Shown here: in pieces, positions 39,244-49,184 of the stretch
Layout: every line of letters starts with the position of its first letter
Numbering within the stretch: position 1 is the stretch's first letter
From: Candidatus Omnitrophota bacterium
GTDB lineage: Bacteria; Omnitrophota; Omnitrophia; Omnitrophales; Aquincolibacteriaceae
Direction: 5' to 3'
DNA: 64,000 bases
NCBI GenBank assembly: GCA_003140935.1
Contig: PLLJ01000039.1
Coordinates: 12,007-76,006 of the forward strand
Translations under genes and position numbers: made by a program
Notes under the pieces: model-generated
Databases searched by the model: none
Told to the model about the DNA's origin: nothing
The model's input: the letters and a program-made list of their open reading frames with translations, nothing else

Positions 39244-40539
39244 TTATTCGGCTTGCTTCAGCTGCGCGTTAATTTCGGGGGCCATTTCTTTGGCGGCTTC
39301 CGCGGCAGTTTTTTTCCCGTTAAAAATAAGGTCCAGTTTGGGGCGGATATACTTTTCTTCTATTTCACGCCATTTCGGATGAAAGGGGCTGAAGACCACG
39401 TACTGCACTGCTTCGTTCAGCATTTTTTTATTTTTAGGCGCGGCGCTGTCTCCGGCAAAGGCGTCGCTTTTCGCCACGGAAATGCGCGCGGGCTGAGCGA
39501 GTCCCCGTTTGGCAAATTGTCTTTGCCCTTCGGGTCCGGTCAGAGCTTTGACCACCTCCCACGCTTCTTTTTTGTGTCTCGAAGATTTAAGGATCGCATA
39601 TCCCGTCCCTCCGGTCCCAAAGGCACGGACACCCCTATCGTTTTTGGGGAACATCACCGCGTCCCATTCGAATTTATAATTACGGAATTGAGGGGTCTCC
39701 CAAATGCCGGAAAGGAACATCGCAATGCGGCCGTTGGCGAACATCCGGTCCACCCCCATTCCGAAATTCGTGAAAGCCGTGGGCGTCGGCATAGCTTCAT
39801 AAAGATTGCTCAGATCGGCGTAGAATTGGAGCCCCATGATGGAGCGGTCGTCATCGAGCCGGGTCTTCGTGGGATTTTTAACATCATCCACGAGCCCGCC
39901 ACCGTTCCCATAAATGAAATTTTGCCAAGCCCAAGTGTAAAAGCCATATTGCGTAATGCGGCCGGAACTGTCTTTTTTGGTAAGTTCGCGCGCCAAACGC
40001 AGCATGTCGCTCCAGTTCCAATCGTCGGTGGGATAAGGGATCCCCGCCTCATCAAAGACCTTTTTATTGTAGAACACGCAAGCGAACGGGGCGATGTCTC
40101 GCGGCGCCGCAAGGAGCTTTCCCTGGTAAGTGAAGCGATCGATGATCTGCGGGAAAAAATCTTTCCTGTCAAATCCCGCCGGGTTGGCGGTCTCAAGCGG
40201 CGTCAGGTCTTCCAAAACGCCCTTGGTCGCGAACGTCACAAAGTAGTCGACCTCGGTGGCAATGATGTCGGGCGCTGCGCCGCCCGCGATCCGCGTGAGG
40301 ATCTTGCTGATGTAGCCGGTGTAGGGCGTGTGCTCGAAAATGATCTTAATCTCAGGATGTTCGGCTTGCCAGGGCGCAAGAGCTTCGGTAATGATGCCGA
40401 TCTCTTCGGGTGTTCCCCAGAAGCTTACCTTAATTTCTGTGGGTCCTTGGGTCCCCGTCCCGGCCGGAGAACCACAGCCGGTCAAAACAAAGATTGTTAA
40501 AAGAATGGAAAAACCCTTCGCCCAAAAACTTTTCAGCAT
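39244..40539 (-). CDS. ABC transporter extracellular solute-binding lipoprotein (carbohydrate family)
   Basis: Lipobox LTGC after the signal peptide. SBP family-1 length and pattern. No permease or ATPase genes adjacent. Confidence 0.8.
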   Translation of the reverse strand: MLKSFWAKGFSILLTIFVLTGCGSPAGTGTQGPTEIKVSFWGTPEEIGIITEALAPWQAEHPEIKIIFEHTPYTGYISKILTRIAGGAAPDIIATEVDYFVTFATKGVLEDLTPLETANPAGFDRKDFFPQIIDRFTYQGKLLAAPRDIAPFACVFYNKKVFDEAGIPYPTDDWNWSDMLRLARELTKKDSSGRITQYGFYTWAWQNFIYGNGGGLVDDVKNPTKTRLDDDRSIMGLQFYADLSNLYEAMPTPTAFTNFGMGVDRMFANGRIAMFLSGIWETPQFRNYKFEWDAVMFPKNDRGVRAFGTGGTGYAILKSSRHKKEAWEVVKALTGPEGQRQFAKRGLAQPARISVAKSDAFAGDSAAPKNKKMLNEAVQYVVFSPFHPKWREIEEKYIRPKLDLIFNGKKTAAEAAKEMAPEINAQLKQAE

Positions 40540-40712
40540 GCGGAATTCCCTTCGTTAGAAAGGTGTCTATCGGCTTTGCGAGGAATCGCCTTTTAAAATG
40601 ATAAGAACGAGATGCGAAAGCGATAAAGCGCGGAAATTATAACACATGGGCTGGGTTTCCTGTAAAGGCTCTTTTCTCGCCGTCCGATCCATGAGAGGCG
40701 TCCCTGGGAAGA

Positions 40713-41660
40713 TCACCCCCGCGGCAAACCGATCTTTTGGAGAACGCGGTCGAGGTCATCGAGCGAGAAATACTGTATCTCGACGCGTCCTTCTTTTTGA
40801 TTTTTGCGCGGATAAATTTTTGCCTGCGTTCCAAGAAAGTGCGTCAAGCGCGTTTCGAGATCCACAATTTCGGCGCTAAGATGCCGGGCGGATTTCGCCT
40901 TTCTCTTGTGTGCATTGCTTCGATTGACAATGGCTTCGACCTGGCGGACCGACAGGTTCTCTTCAACGATCCTTTTGGCCATTTGCCGCTGATGTTCCGG
41001 CGTCAAAAGACCCAGGAGCGCGCGGGCATGTCCCGCCGAAAGCCTTCCTTCCACAAGATACTGTTTTATTTCCTGAGGCAACCGTAAAAGCCTGAGCGTG
41101 TTCGTCACCGTCACGCGATTCTTCCCCACCCGTTTCGCAACCTCGTCCTGGGAGATCCGTCTTTCCTCCACGAGCCGCTGGTAGGCTTCCGCTTCTTCAA
41201 TGGGGTTCAGATCTTCGCGTTGAATATTCTCGATCAGCGCCCATTCCAGAAAATCTTCGTCAGCAACGTCTTTGATGATCGCCGGCACTTCGCTTAGGCC
41301 GCAAAGTGACGCTGCGCGGAATCTCCTCTCGCCACACACGAGCTCGAATGTCCCGCCGTTTTTTTTCTTAACAATGATGGGTTGCAAAACGCCTTTTTCG
41401 CGGATAGAGTCGGCAAGCTCTTCTATGGTTTCCGTGTTAAAAGTTTTCCGGGGTTGATCTATGTTGGGTGCGATCAGGGATATCGGTATCACTTGAAAGG
41501 CCGAACTCTTTTCCGGAAGAACGGTTGTGGGAGCAGCGGTCTCCGGCTCCGTAGTGACGGTGGCTGTTGTTACGGGAATTTCTTTCTCGGTCGCTGCCAT
41601 GTGGTTTTTATAGCTGTCAGGGATGAGCGCGCTTAATCCTTTACCCAGGGCTTTTTTCAT
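40713..41660 (-). CDS. parB: Chromosome partitioning protein ParB
   Basis: KGLGKGLSALI N-terminus, ParB box GERRFRAASLCGL, HTH. Confidence 0.9.
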   Translation of the reverse strand: MKKALGKGLSALIPDSYKNHMAATEKEIPVTTATVTTEPETAAPTTVLPEKSSAFQVIPISLIAPNIDQPRKTFNTETIEELADSIREKGVLQPIIVKKKNGGTFELVCGERRFRAASLCGLSEVPAIIKDVADEDFLEWALIENIQREDLNPIEEAEAYQRLVEERRISQDEVAKRVGKNRVTVTNTLRLLRLPQEIKQYLVEGRLSAGHARALLGLLTPEHQRQMAKRIVEENLSVRQVEAIVNRSNAHKRKAKSARHLSAEIVDLETRLTHFLGTQAKIYPRKNQKEGRVEIQYFSLDDLDRVLQKIGLPRG

Positions 41661-41695
41661 TTTTCCAACTCCTATTTTTTATAACCACGCTGTTC

Positions 41696-42589
41696 TTACG
41701 GATTTGCTTGTGTCGTTTGGGGCCGTTCGTCTACAGGCGCAAGGTCTGCTTCCTTTATTTCCTCCTCCGCGGTGCTCACGGTGTTCTCTTGTGCGGTCGA
41801 GATGAAACTGCTTCGGTCATCGTCTGAACCAAAACGTACTAAAAATTCCTTCCCGAGATCCACGTAGGCCACCGACCCGCGATTATGCGGATCATAGATC
41901 ACGGCGGGTTTCCCAAAGCTTGGCGCCTCGGAAAGCTTCACAGACCTCGGAATTATGGTTTGAAACGTTTTTTCTTTAAAATAATTTCGAACCTCCTCGA
42001 TCACTTGCTGTGTCAAGTTGGTCCGAATATCTGCCATGGTGAGAATGACTCCTCCAAGCTCAATGTCTGCGCTTAGATTCTTTTTAACGAGTTGGTAGGT
42101 ATTCAGGAGCTGTCCGAGACCCTCGAGAGCATAGTACTCGCATTGAAGCGGTATGATTATATAACTACTTGCAGTTAAAGCATTTATGCTTATTAGTCCG
42201 AGTGATGGCGGACAGTCCAGAAATATGTAGTCGTAGTTTTCTGAAATACTCTTTAGCTGCTCTTTAAGAATAAACTCTCTTTTCTCCTGGCCGATCAGGT
42301 GCATCTCTGCGCCGGCAAGGTGGGCGTTCGATGGAATGATCCATAGGTTTTCTATAGGTGTTTTTTTGATGACTGTCTCTGGACTATGGTTTTCCACAAG
42401 AAGTTGATAAGCTGTTGATTCGTTTTCGTTCTTTTCTATCCCAACTCCGCTAGTAGCGTTGCCTTGCGAATCTAAGTCGATAAGCAAAATCTTCTTTCCA
42501 AATCCAGCCATAACTGTAGCGATATTGATTACCGAAGTTGTTTTTCCAACGCCGCCTTTTTGGTTGAAGAACGAAAATATTTTCCCCAT
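41696..42589 (-). CDS. parA: Chromosome partitioning ATPase ParA/Soj with ~55-aa C-terminal low-complexity extension
   Basis: Deviant Walker A NQKGGVGKTT. Start at MGKIFSFFNQ. A parS site lies 13 nt upstream. Confidence 0.9.
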   Translation of the reverse strand: MGKIFSFFNQKGGVGKTTSVINIATVMAGFGKKILLIDLDSQGNATSGVGIEKNENESTAYQLLVENHSPETVIKKTPIENLWIIPSNAHLAGAEMHLIGQEKREFILKEQLKSISENYDYIFLDCPPSLGLISINALTASSYIIIPLQCEYYALEGLGQLLNTYQLVKKNLSADIELGGVILTMADIRTNLTQQVIEEVRNYFKEKTFQTIIPRSVKLSEAPSFGKPAVIYDPHNRGSVAYVDLGKEFLVRFGSDDDRSSFISTAQENTVSTAEEEIKEADLAPVDERPQTTQANP

Positions 42590-42601
42590 ATATCCTCCAA
42601 A

Positions 42602-42617
42602 TGTTTCACGTGAAACG
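42602..42617. promoter_or_regulatory. parS: parS centromere-like site TGTTTCACGTGAAACg (15/16 to consensus)
   Basis: Palindrome GTTTCACGTGAAAC matches the Bacillus/Proteobacteria parS consensus tGTTtCACGTGAAACa. Confidence 0.85.
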
Positions 42618-42903
42618 TTCCCTTTGATAAAGCAATGCTGAAACAAGGATCTTTTGCCTTTAATACCATATCGTCCATTCTCGCGAATATTTTACATACA
42701 ATTATTTTTATGGCAACTAGTATTGTTGCCCGTTCCGTTCTGAAGTTTCGTGTCAAGCGTCTCGTGGAGAATCGATCCGTTGCCTTCAAAATAAATTTCT
42801 TGGACGAATTTCTGATAAACCTACCTCGTTATTTAATCGAATCTCAATACGCTCATCCTGGTTCTGGCTATAAAGAGCTCGCTGGCCACTGTGCTTTGAA
42901 TGA

Positions 42904-42919
42904 GGTTTCACGTGAAACA
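42904..42919. promoter_or_regulatory. parS: parS site gGTTTCACGTGAAACA (15/16)
   Basis: Second copy of the 14-bp palindrome, 300 bp from the first, in the parA-mnmG intergenic region. Confidence 0.85.
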
Positions 42920-43104
42920 ATATTATAAGTTTTAGTAATGGATATGGACATGTCTTTTTATGTGCATTCGGATTATGTCTTTTTGTGGCACAGGATTGCG
43001 GTTGCTACGGAGAGAACGCAGCCACTCTAACCGAAATTTCCACAAACTTCGTCCCTTTTGTTTGAAGTGTTCTTTTTGGCTCTCCAGATGTTCCAAAAGA
43101 GCTT

Positions 43105-44931
43105 TTATTTCTTGGAAGTTTCTTTCGCTTTCTTTTCAATGAAAACGGCAAGCAGGGAAAGATCGCAGGAAGAGATCCCGGGAATTCTTGCGGCGTGTCC
43201 AATGGACTCTGGAAGGATTTTTTTTAGCTTTTCTTTTGCTTCGCGCCCGATTCCATGTATTTCGTCGTAGTTCAAACCAGCTGGTATTTTCTTTTTTTCG
43301 AGTTTTGAAAATTTTTGGACCTCGCGCCGCTGCTGAGCAATATATCCCTCGTATTTTATTTCCGTTTCGACGCGATGGATTTCATCATCCGAAAGATTAC
43401 ATGAGTGTAACTTGTTTTTTACTAGCATGTTATGACTTATTTCTGGACGCTTCAATAACTGGTAGAGCGTTTCACCTCCGCTTTTTTTTGCCTGGAGCTC
43501 CTGCGTATCGCGGTGTATCCGATCCACACGTTCGTTGAATTCCGCGAATTTTTTTTCCGAGACAAGGTCGAACTGGTGCCCGTAGAACATGAGTCTTTCA
43601 TCCGCATTGTCCTGCCGCAGCAAAAGCCGGAATTCCGCGCGCGAGGTGAACATCCGGTAGGGCTCATTAGTACCGCACGTAACAAGGTCATCGATCATCA
43701 CCGCAATATAAGCCTCGGTCCTGTCGAGGACAAATTCGCTGCCGCCGCAAAGTTTCCGGATCACATTGAGTCCCGACATAAGTCCTTGGGCCGCAGCTTC
43801 TTCATATCCAGACGTACAGTTGATCTGGCCCGCAAAAAACAGATTTCTTATTTTTTTTGTCTCCAGTGAATGTTTCAGTTGGGTAGGAGGCGCGGCGTCG
43901 TATTCGATCGCATAGCCGAATTTCAGGATCTCAGCGTCTTTAAGCCCTCGGATCTGCCGCAGGGCCGTCTCCTGGACGTCCTTGGGGAGCGAGGTCGAGA
44001 AACCGTTCATGTAGATCTCGAACGTGTTGCGCCCCTCGGGCTCCAAGTAGATCTGATGGGTTTTTTTGTCCCGGAACTTCACGACCTTATCTTCCACCGA
44101 GGGACAATACCTGGGTCCGATCCCGGCGATGCTCCCCGAGTAAAGAGGGGAGCGGTTTAAATTTTTGCGGATGATGTCATGAACCTTTTCATTGGTGTGC
44201 GTCAAATAGCAGGGGAGTTGCTTGACAGTAAGTTTTTTTGTTTGGTAGGAGAAAGGCGGGGGAGGCTCATCGCCCCGTTGTTCTTCTAGTAATTCCCAAC
44301 GAATACTTTTTTGGTGGAGACGCGGCGGCGTGCCCGTTTTGAAACGGACAAGTTCGATCCCGTGGCTTCGTAACGAATCGGAAAGGCCGATGGCGGGAGG
44401 TTCATCACGCCGTCCGCCCGGGACCTTTTCCTCGCCCACGTGGATCAGCCCCTGAAGAAAAGTTCCCGTGGTCAAAATCACATGCTCGCCTAAAAAGGTT
44501 TCGCCCTCCTTTGTGCGAACGCCATAACACGCGCCGTCTTTTACGAGAAGTTCCACAACCTGTCCCTGGTAAAGTGTAAGGTTTTTTTCGGCCTCGAGAG
44601 CGCGCTTCATATAAAGCTCGTATTCCTTCTTATCCGCCTGCGCTCGCGGTGCCCACACGGCCGGCCCCTTGGACTTGTTGAGCATGCGGAACTGAATGCC
44701 TGTTGTGTCTGTTGCGAGGCCCATTTCGCCGCCGAGGGCGTCTATCTCGCGGACGATATGCCCCTTGGCAAGCCCGCCGATCGCCGGATTACAGGACATG
44801 CGCGCAATGGCGTTCGTATCCATGGTGATCACGAGAACGGGGAACCCGCTTCGCGCGATGGCAAGAGAGGCTTCGACGCCGGCATGTCCGGCGCCAACGA
44901 TGATAGCGGCAAATATCTGTGAAGAAGTCAT
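43105..44931 (-). CDS. mnmG: tRNA uridine-5-carboxymethylaminomethyl modification enzyme MnmG (GidA)
   Basis: N-terminal FAD motif IVGAGHAGVEA. ~608 aa. Confidence 0.95.
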   Translation of the reverse strand: MTSSQIFAAIIVGAGHAGVEASLAIARSGFPVLVITMDTNAIARMSCNPAIGGLAKGHIVREIDALGGEMGLATDTTGIQFRMLNKSKGPAVWAPRAQADKKEYELYMKRALEAEKNLTLYQGQVVELLVKDGACYGVRTKEGETFLGEHVILTTGTFLQGLIHVGEEKVPGGRRDEPPAIGLSDSLRSHGIELVRFKTGTPPRLHQKSIRWELLEEQRGDEPPPPFSYQTKKLTVKQLPCYLTHTNEKVHDIIRKNLNRSPLYSGSIAGIGPRYCPSVEDKVVKFRDKKTHQIYLEPEGRNTFEIYMNGFSTSLPKDVQETALRQIRGLKDAEILKFGYAIEYDAAPPTQLKHSLETKKIRNLFFAGQINCTSGYEEAAAQGLMSGLNVIRKLCGGSEFVLDRTEAYIAVMIDDLVTCGTNEPYRMFTSRAEFRLLLRQDNADERLMFYGHQFDLVSEKKFAEFNERVDRIHRDTQELQAKKSGGETLYQLLKRPEISHNMLVKNKLHSCNLSDDEIHRVETEIKYEGYIAQQRREVQKFSKLEKKKIPAGLNYDEIHGIGREAKEKLKKILPESIGHAARIPGISSCDLSLLAVFIEKKAKETSKK

Positions 44932-45000
44932 TTTACCCGGAAAACGGGAAACGCAGAACGGGGAGCGCTTGCCGTTCCCCAGAAACGTTTCCCGCGGTAT

Positions 45001-46626
45001 CTATTGGTCTTCGTGGTGCAGAACAATCACAATGCGATTGATGAAGGTCTGCTGGATAATTGAAAAAACGTTCTGCAGCGTCCAATAAAGCGTGAGCCCC
45101 GATGGCATGTTATAGCAGATGACGCCGAAAAAGATGGGCATGATGCTCATCATCGTTTGTTGTTCCGGGCTTGACCCGGGCTGCGCCGGCATGAGCTTTT
45201 GATACCAGACCTGGGAGGCTGCCATCAGGATCGGAAGAATGTTGAGCGAATTCCATCCGAGGAGAGGCACCGTAAAGGGAAGCATCATAAAGTGGTCCGG
45301 CGCGGAAAGGTCCTTGATCCATCCGATGAAGGGAGCTCCATGAAGCTCGATCGCTTCGGGCAGGAGCTTGAACATAGCCATAAAAACCGGTATTTGGATC
45401 AGCATGGGAAGACACCCCATCATGGGGTTCACCTTGTTACGCCGGTAAAGTGACATGATCTCTTGCTGGGATTTTGCCGGATCTTTTTTGTGATGTTCTT
45501 GGATCGCCTTCATTTTCGGCGCTAAGGCTTGCATTTTTTTCATACTTGCGTAGCTCAGATGCGTCAGCGGCGCAAAGATCAACTTGATGAGAAGGGTCAG
45601 AAGTACCAGCGCCCAGCCGAAATTATGCGTGTACTGGTTTAAGAATTTCAGAACCGCAAGAATTCCCATTTTAAAAAGGCCGAAAAGCCCCCGGGCAAAA
45701 ACCTCTTCGAACCCCACTCCGAAACTTTTGAGCTCCTCGTATCGCTGCGGCCCGGCGTAGATCAGGAAGTTGCGTTCGCCTTCGCCTTCCCCCGACACTG
45801 TCAGGGGTTCCAACGTCATTTGTCCCCAAAGGTTTTTTTCGTCGGCCCTTGCGTTTCCTTCGATGATCTTGCCATCTGGTTTTACGAGCAGTGCGAAATA
45901 CTTTTTAATGAGCCCCGCCCACACGGTCGGATCGGCGAAAGAAAATCCTTTTTTTCTGACGCCGGAAAGACCCTTGGTTTGGAGTTTGTCCGCATAGGCC
46001 ACTGCGTCGTAATAACCGTACTTTTTCTGATAGCCCTCTTCGTAACCTATTCCGTAATTCAGCGTGATCGGAAAGTGTTTTTCTCGTCCGGAAAGATTCT
46101 TGATCCGGACGACAAGGTCGATCACGGGTTGATTTTCGCGGAACGTATAGGTTTTGGTCAGCTGGTATTCTCCGGGAAGCTCGTAAGAGAACTCTGTGCT
46201 TTCTCCCTTGCGGACCATTTTAAAGATGGTTTGCGCGAGATCCGCTTTTTCGTGCAGGACGTTCACGCTAAAAATACCGGGTTCGCGCGAGTCTCCCGAA
46301 AAAAGGTCCGTTTTGGTAAAAGCCTGCCGGTTCTTCTCTCCCAAAAAGGAAAGCGACGCAATGGTGCCTCCCAGGGTGGAAAATTCTGCTTTGTAGAAGG
46401 AGTTCTCGTAGGGCGCGATAGCCGGAACAACCGCTTTTCCCAGTGCTGTTCCTTCGGGAGTTGCCGGAGAGATAACCTCCTTTATGGAAGCCGTTTCTTT
46501 CTGAGAGACCGCCGCCTTCGCGGGTTGTTGCTGATAGGCCGCCGGATAGAATTTTTTGAGCAGCATGGGGTAGAGCAACATGACCATCATGGCGAGAACA
46601 ATGGCTTTAACGGTGTTTTTATCCAT
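45001..46626 (-). CDS. yidC: Membrane protein insertase YidC
   Basis: Conserved C-terminal 5-TM core (…MPSGLTLYWTLQNVFSIIQQ). Start at MDKNTVKAIVL. Confidence 0.9.
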   Translation of the reverse strand: MDKNTVKAIVLAMMVMLLYPMLLKKFYPAAYQQQPAKAAVSQKETASIKEVISPATPEGTALGKAVVPAIAPYENSFYKAEFSTLGGTIASLSFLGEKNRQAFTKTDLFSGDSREPGIFSVNVLHEKADLAQTIFKMVRKGESTEFSYELPGEYQLTKTYTFRENQPVIDLVVRIKNLSGREKHFPITLNYGIGYEEGYQKKYGYYDAVAYADKLQTKGLSGVRKKGFSFADPTVWAGLIKKYFALLVKPDGKIIEGNARADEKNLWGQMTLEPLTVSGEGEGERNFLIYAGPQRYEELKSFGVGFEEVFARGLFGLFKMGILAVLKFLNQYTHNFGWALVLLTLLIKLIFAPLTHLSYASMKKMQALAPKMKAIQEHHKKDPAKSQQEIMSLYRRNKVNPMMGCLPMLIQIPVFMAMFKLLPEAIELHGAPFIGWIKDLSAPDHFMMLPFTVPLLGWNSLNILPILMAASQVWYQKLMPAQPGSSPEQQTMMSIMPIFFGVICYNMPSGLTLYWTLQNVFSIIQQTFINRIVIVLHHEDQ

Positions 46627-46634
46627 TTTTTTCC

Positions 46635-46844
46635 TTATGGGACGGGGTCGAATCCGCCGGCGTGAAAAGGATGACACTTACAAAACCTCTGGAATGCGAG
46701 CCACGTGCCGGCAAGAGCACCTTTTTTGTTCAGCGCTTCTTCCGCATAAACGGAACAGCTCGGGGTAAAGCGACAGCAGGGCCCCAAAAAAGGTGCGCCA
46801 ACCGCACGGTAAAAACGGATCATGAGGATCAGAAAATTTTTCAC
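46635..46844 (-). CDS. yidD: Membrane protein insertion efficiency factor YidD (GTG start inferred)
   Basis: IRFYRAVGAPFLGPCCRFTPSCSVYAEEAL is the YidD signature. The annotated long ORF is rejected; a short form overlaps the rnpA stop. Confidence 0.7.
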   Translation of the reverse strand: MKNFLILMIRFYRAVGAPFLGPCCRFTPSCSVYAEEALNKKGALAGTWLAFQRFCKCHPFHAGGFDPVP

Positions 46845-47221
46845 GCCCAAGCTCCTGCTTTTTTGAAAAGACCGACAAGGTCTTTTTCCACGACCGAAAA
46901 AGGAGGTCTCGCTTGTGCGCGGCGAACCTTCACTAAGCAACTCGCCTCTGGCCGGAGGCGCGCTTGGTGTTCCCGAAAGATCTCCCGAACGCGTCGCTTC
47001 CAAAGATTCCGTCCGATCGCTGTCGGCTCCGTTTTCCGGCTTACGACAATTCCAATCGCGGGCCTTTTTTTCGGCCTCGCTTGTCCTTTGTCGTCTCGCG
47101 TGCCGACCCATAAATAAAAGTATTCCCCCCGAGCGAACTGTCCTTTTTCGACGAGGTGTTTGAAGGTTGTTTGCCGGCGGATGCGCTGATCCGAGCCGAG
47201 CCGCTTCCTTGGCTCCAACAC
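46841..47221 (-). CDS. rnpA: Ribonuclease P protein component
   Basis: Basic ~125-aa protein with an RnpA-like RNR-type motif, immediately downstream of rpmH. Confidence 0.8.
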   Translation of the reverse strand: MLEPRKRLGSDQRIRRQTTFKHLVEKGQFARGEYFYLWVGTRDDKGQARPKKRPAIGIVVSRKTEPTAIGRNLWKRRVREIFREHQARLRPEASCLVKVRRAQARPPFSVVEKDLVGLFKKAGAWA

Positions 47222-47359
47222 TTATACTTGGGTTAGCTTTTTCCGGCCCTTTTTCCGACGGCGCGCAAGGACTTTTCGTCCCCCGGCGGTCCTCGTACGG
47301 GCAAGAAAGCCGTGCTTGTTACGACGTTTTCTCTTGGAAGGCTGGTATGTTCTTTTCAT
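47222..47359 (-). CDS. rpmH: 50S ribosomal protein L34
   Basis: Manual translation gives [45 protein letters not shown], a textbook L34. Not in the supplied ORF track (<60 aa). Confidence 0.9.
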   Translation of the reverse strand: MKRTYQPSKRKRRNKHGFLARTRTAGGRKVLARRRKKGRKKLTQV

Positions 47360-47699
47360 GAGGCGTGGATTATAGTGAAGTTCGTTTGTAATATCCAGCG
47401 TTTTGTTTTAGCCGGGTAAGAAACATTTCCGTTTTTTTCCGTCTCGTTTTTCTTCGAAAAAAAATTATCTTGTTCGTAGACAAAAACCTTTTTTGTTGTA
47501 GAATGCGTCCTCTGGCATGTTGCGTTCGCCCTTATCTTCGGGCGAGCGTTTATTTTGTCATATTTTTTGCTGTGGAAAACATGTTTATAAGCTATTTATG
47601 ATTTTTGGCTTTTTTTTAATTCCAGAAATACAGTATTAATAAAAATAAAGTTTTTCTTATTAATAAGTTGTTCATAACTATGGAAGGACCTGCGCGCGC
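47360..47699. promoter_or_regulatory. oriC: rpmH-dnaA divergent intergenic region: candidate oriC segment / dnaA promoter (AT-rich, DnaA-box-like motifs)
   Basis: Very AT-rich 47570-47680. TGTGGAAAA at 47571-47579 (8/9 to TGTGGATAA). Strand switch of all flanking genes occurs here. Confidence 0.5.
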
Positions 47700-49052
47700 G
47701 TGAGTCTGCCTCTTTCTTCACCTCCGGACGCCTCTTTGGTGTCGCTTTGGAAGAAAATTTGCGCTCTTCTCTCGCAAGAATTAAGCGAACAGTCTTTCAA
47801 AACCTGGTTTGAGCCAGTCTCTCTCTTGGGAGTTTCGGCCGACTCTCTGACTATAAGTGTTCCCGACCAATACTACGGAAAATGGCTTGAGAATCACTAT
47901 CAGAACCTTATTCTTTCTTCCGCCGAGGAGGTTCTCGGGCATCCCTTGCGGATTGTTTATCAGGTGGTGGAGCCGCCTCAAGCCGTCCCTACGCTCCCGA
48001 GCCCATCTCCTGCGAAAGGAAAGGAGGAGGGCTTTTCGGGGCTTAACCAGAGATATACTTTTGATGCTTTTGTTATTGGTCCCGGAAATCGTTTTGCCCA
48101 TGCGGCTTCGGTCGCGGTAAGCGAGTCTCCCGCCAAACAATACAATCCTCTCTTTATTTATGGCCCCACGGGTCTCGGAAAAACCCATCTCCTGCATTCT
48201 ATCGCTAATGCGACGGTCCGGCGCCATCCGGAGTTTAAGATCCTGTATATATCCAGTGAAAAGTTCACCAATCAGTTGATCTCGGCTATCCAAACGAAAA
48301 CAACGCCTCAATTTCGAGCAAAATATCGATCGCTCGATCTTTTACTAATAGACGATGTCCATTTTATCGCTGAAAAAAACTCTACACAGGAAGAATTTTT
48401 CAACACTTTTAATACCCTTTACGACGCTCACAAGCAAATTGTGGTCACAAGTGATCGTCCACCCAGAGAGATCCCAGGACTGGAAGAGAGGTTGGTGTCT
48501 CGTTTCGGTTGGGGTTTGGTCACGGATATCCAGCCGCCGGACTTTGAAACGCGCGTGGCTATTTTAAAGAAAAAAATGGAGCTGGAAACCGTTGTGGTGC
48601 CTGATGATGTGGCTTATTTTATCGCGGAAAAAATCAAGTCGAATATCCGAGAATTGGAGGGCGCTCTTATCCGGGTGGTGGCCTACTGCACGCTCACTGA
48701 TTCTAAAGTTGATGTCCGTCTTGCCCAGGAAATTTTAAAAGACTCCTTTAAAGAAGAGGCGCAAAAATTCACTATAGAAGGCATCCAAAAAACAGTGGCG
48801 GATTATTTTAACGTGAAGGTTTCGGATCTTAGGGCTAAAAGAAGGACGGTCTCTATTGTTCGCCCGCGACAAATAGCTATGTATCTTGTCCGGGAATTAA
48901 CCTCTCATTCCTTGCCTGAAATTGGAGAATTTTTTGGAGGGAAAGATCATACCACTGTTCTTCATTCTTGTAATAAAATCGCCGCGGAAAGAGATCGGGA
49001 TGTTGCGGTGCGTATTTTACTGGATAAACTTATTGGGTTGTTAAAAAGATAG
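47700..49052 (+). CDS. dnaA: Chromosomal replication initiator DnaA (GTG start)
   Basis: AAA+ Walker A GPTGLGKTHLL, sensor motifs, C-terminal DnaA-box-binding helix. Confidence 0.95.
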   Translation: MSLPLSSPPDASLVSLWKKICALLSQELSEQSFKTWFEPVSLLGVSADSLTISVPDQYYGKWLENHYQNLILSSAEEVLGHPLRIVYQVVEPPQAVPTLPSPSPAKGKEEGFSGLNQRYTFDAFVIGPGNRFAHAASVAVSESPAKQYNPLFIYGPTGLGKTHLLHSIANATVRRHPEFKILYISSEKFTNQLISAIQTKTTPQFRAKYRSLDLLLIDDVHFIAEKNSTQEEFFNTFNTLYDAHKQIVVTSDRPPREIPGLEERLVSRFGWGLVTDIQPPDFETRVAILKKKMELETVVVPDDVAYFIAEKIKSNIRELEGALIRVVAYCTLTDSKVDVRLAQEILKDSFKEEAQKFTIEGIQKTVADYFNVKVSDLRAKRRTVSIVRPRQIAMYLVRELTSHSLPEIGEFFGGKDHTTVLHSCNKIAAERDRDVAVRILLDKLIGLLKR

Positions 49053-49184
49053 TTTTTTTCCCACAAGAAAAAATTTTTATATCTCGTTCTTTTTGAAATA
49101 GTTGTGTAGGATATCCACAAATCCACAGAGCTTATTACTAAGGTTACTATTTTTAAAAATAGAATAATAAAAGAAGGAGTTTGT
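49053..49184. promoter_or_regulatory. oriC: dnaA-dnaN intergenic region with tandem DnaA-box-like motifs and an AT-rich tract (candidate oriC / DUE)
   Basis: ATATCCACA (49111-49119) and AATCCACAG (49120-49128) versus consensus TTATCCACA. Followed by ttactatttttaaaaatagaataataaaag. Confidence 0.5.
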
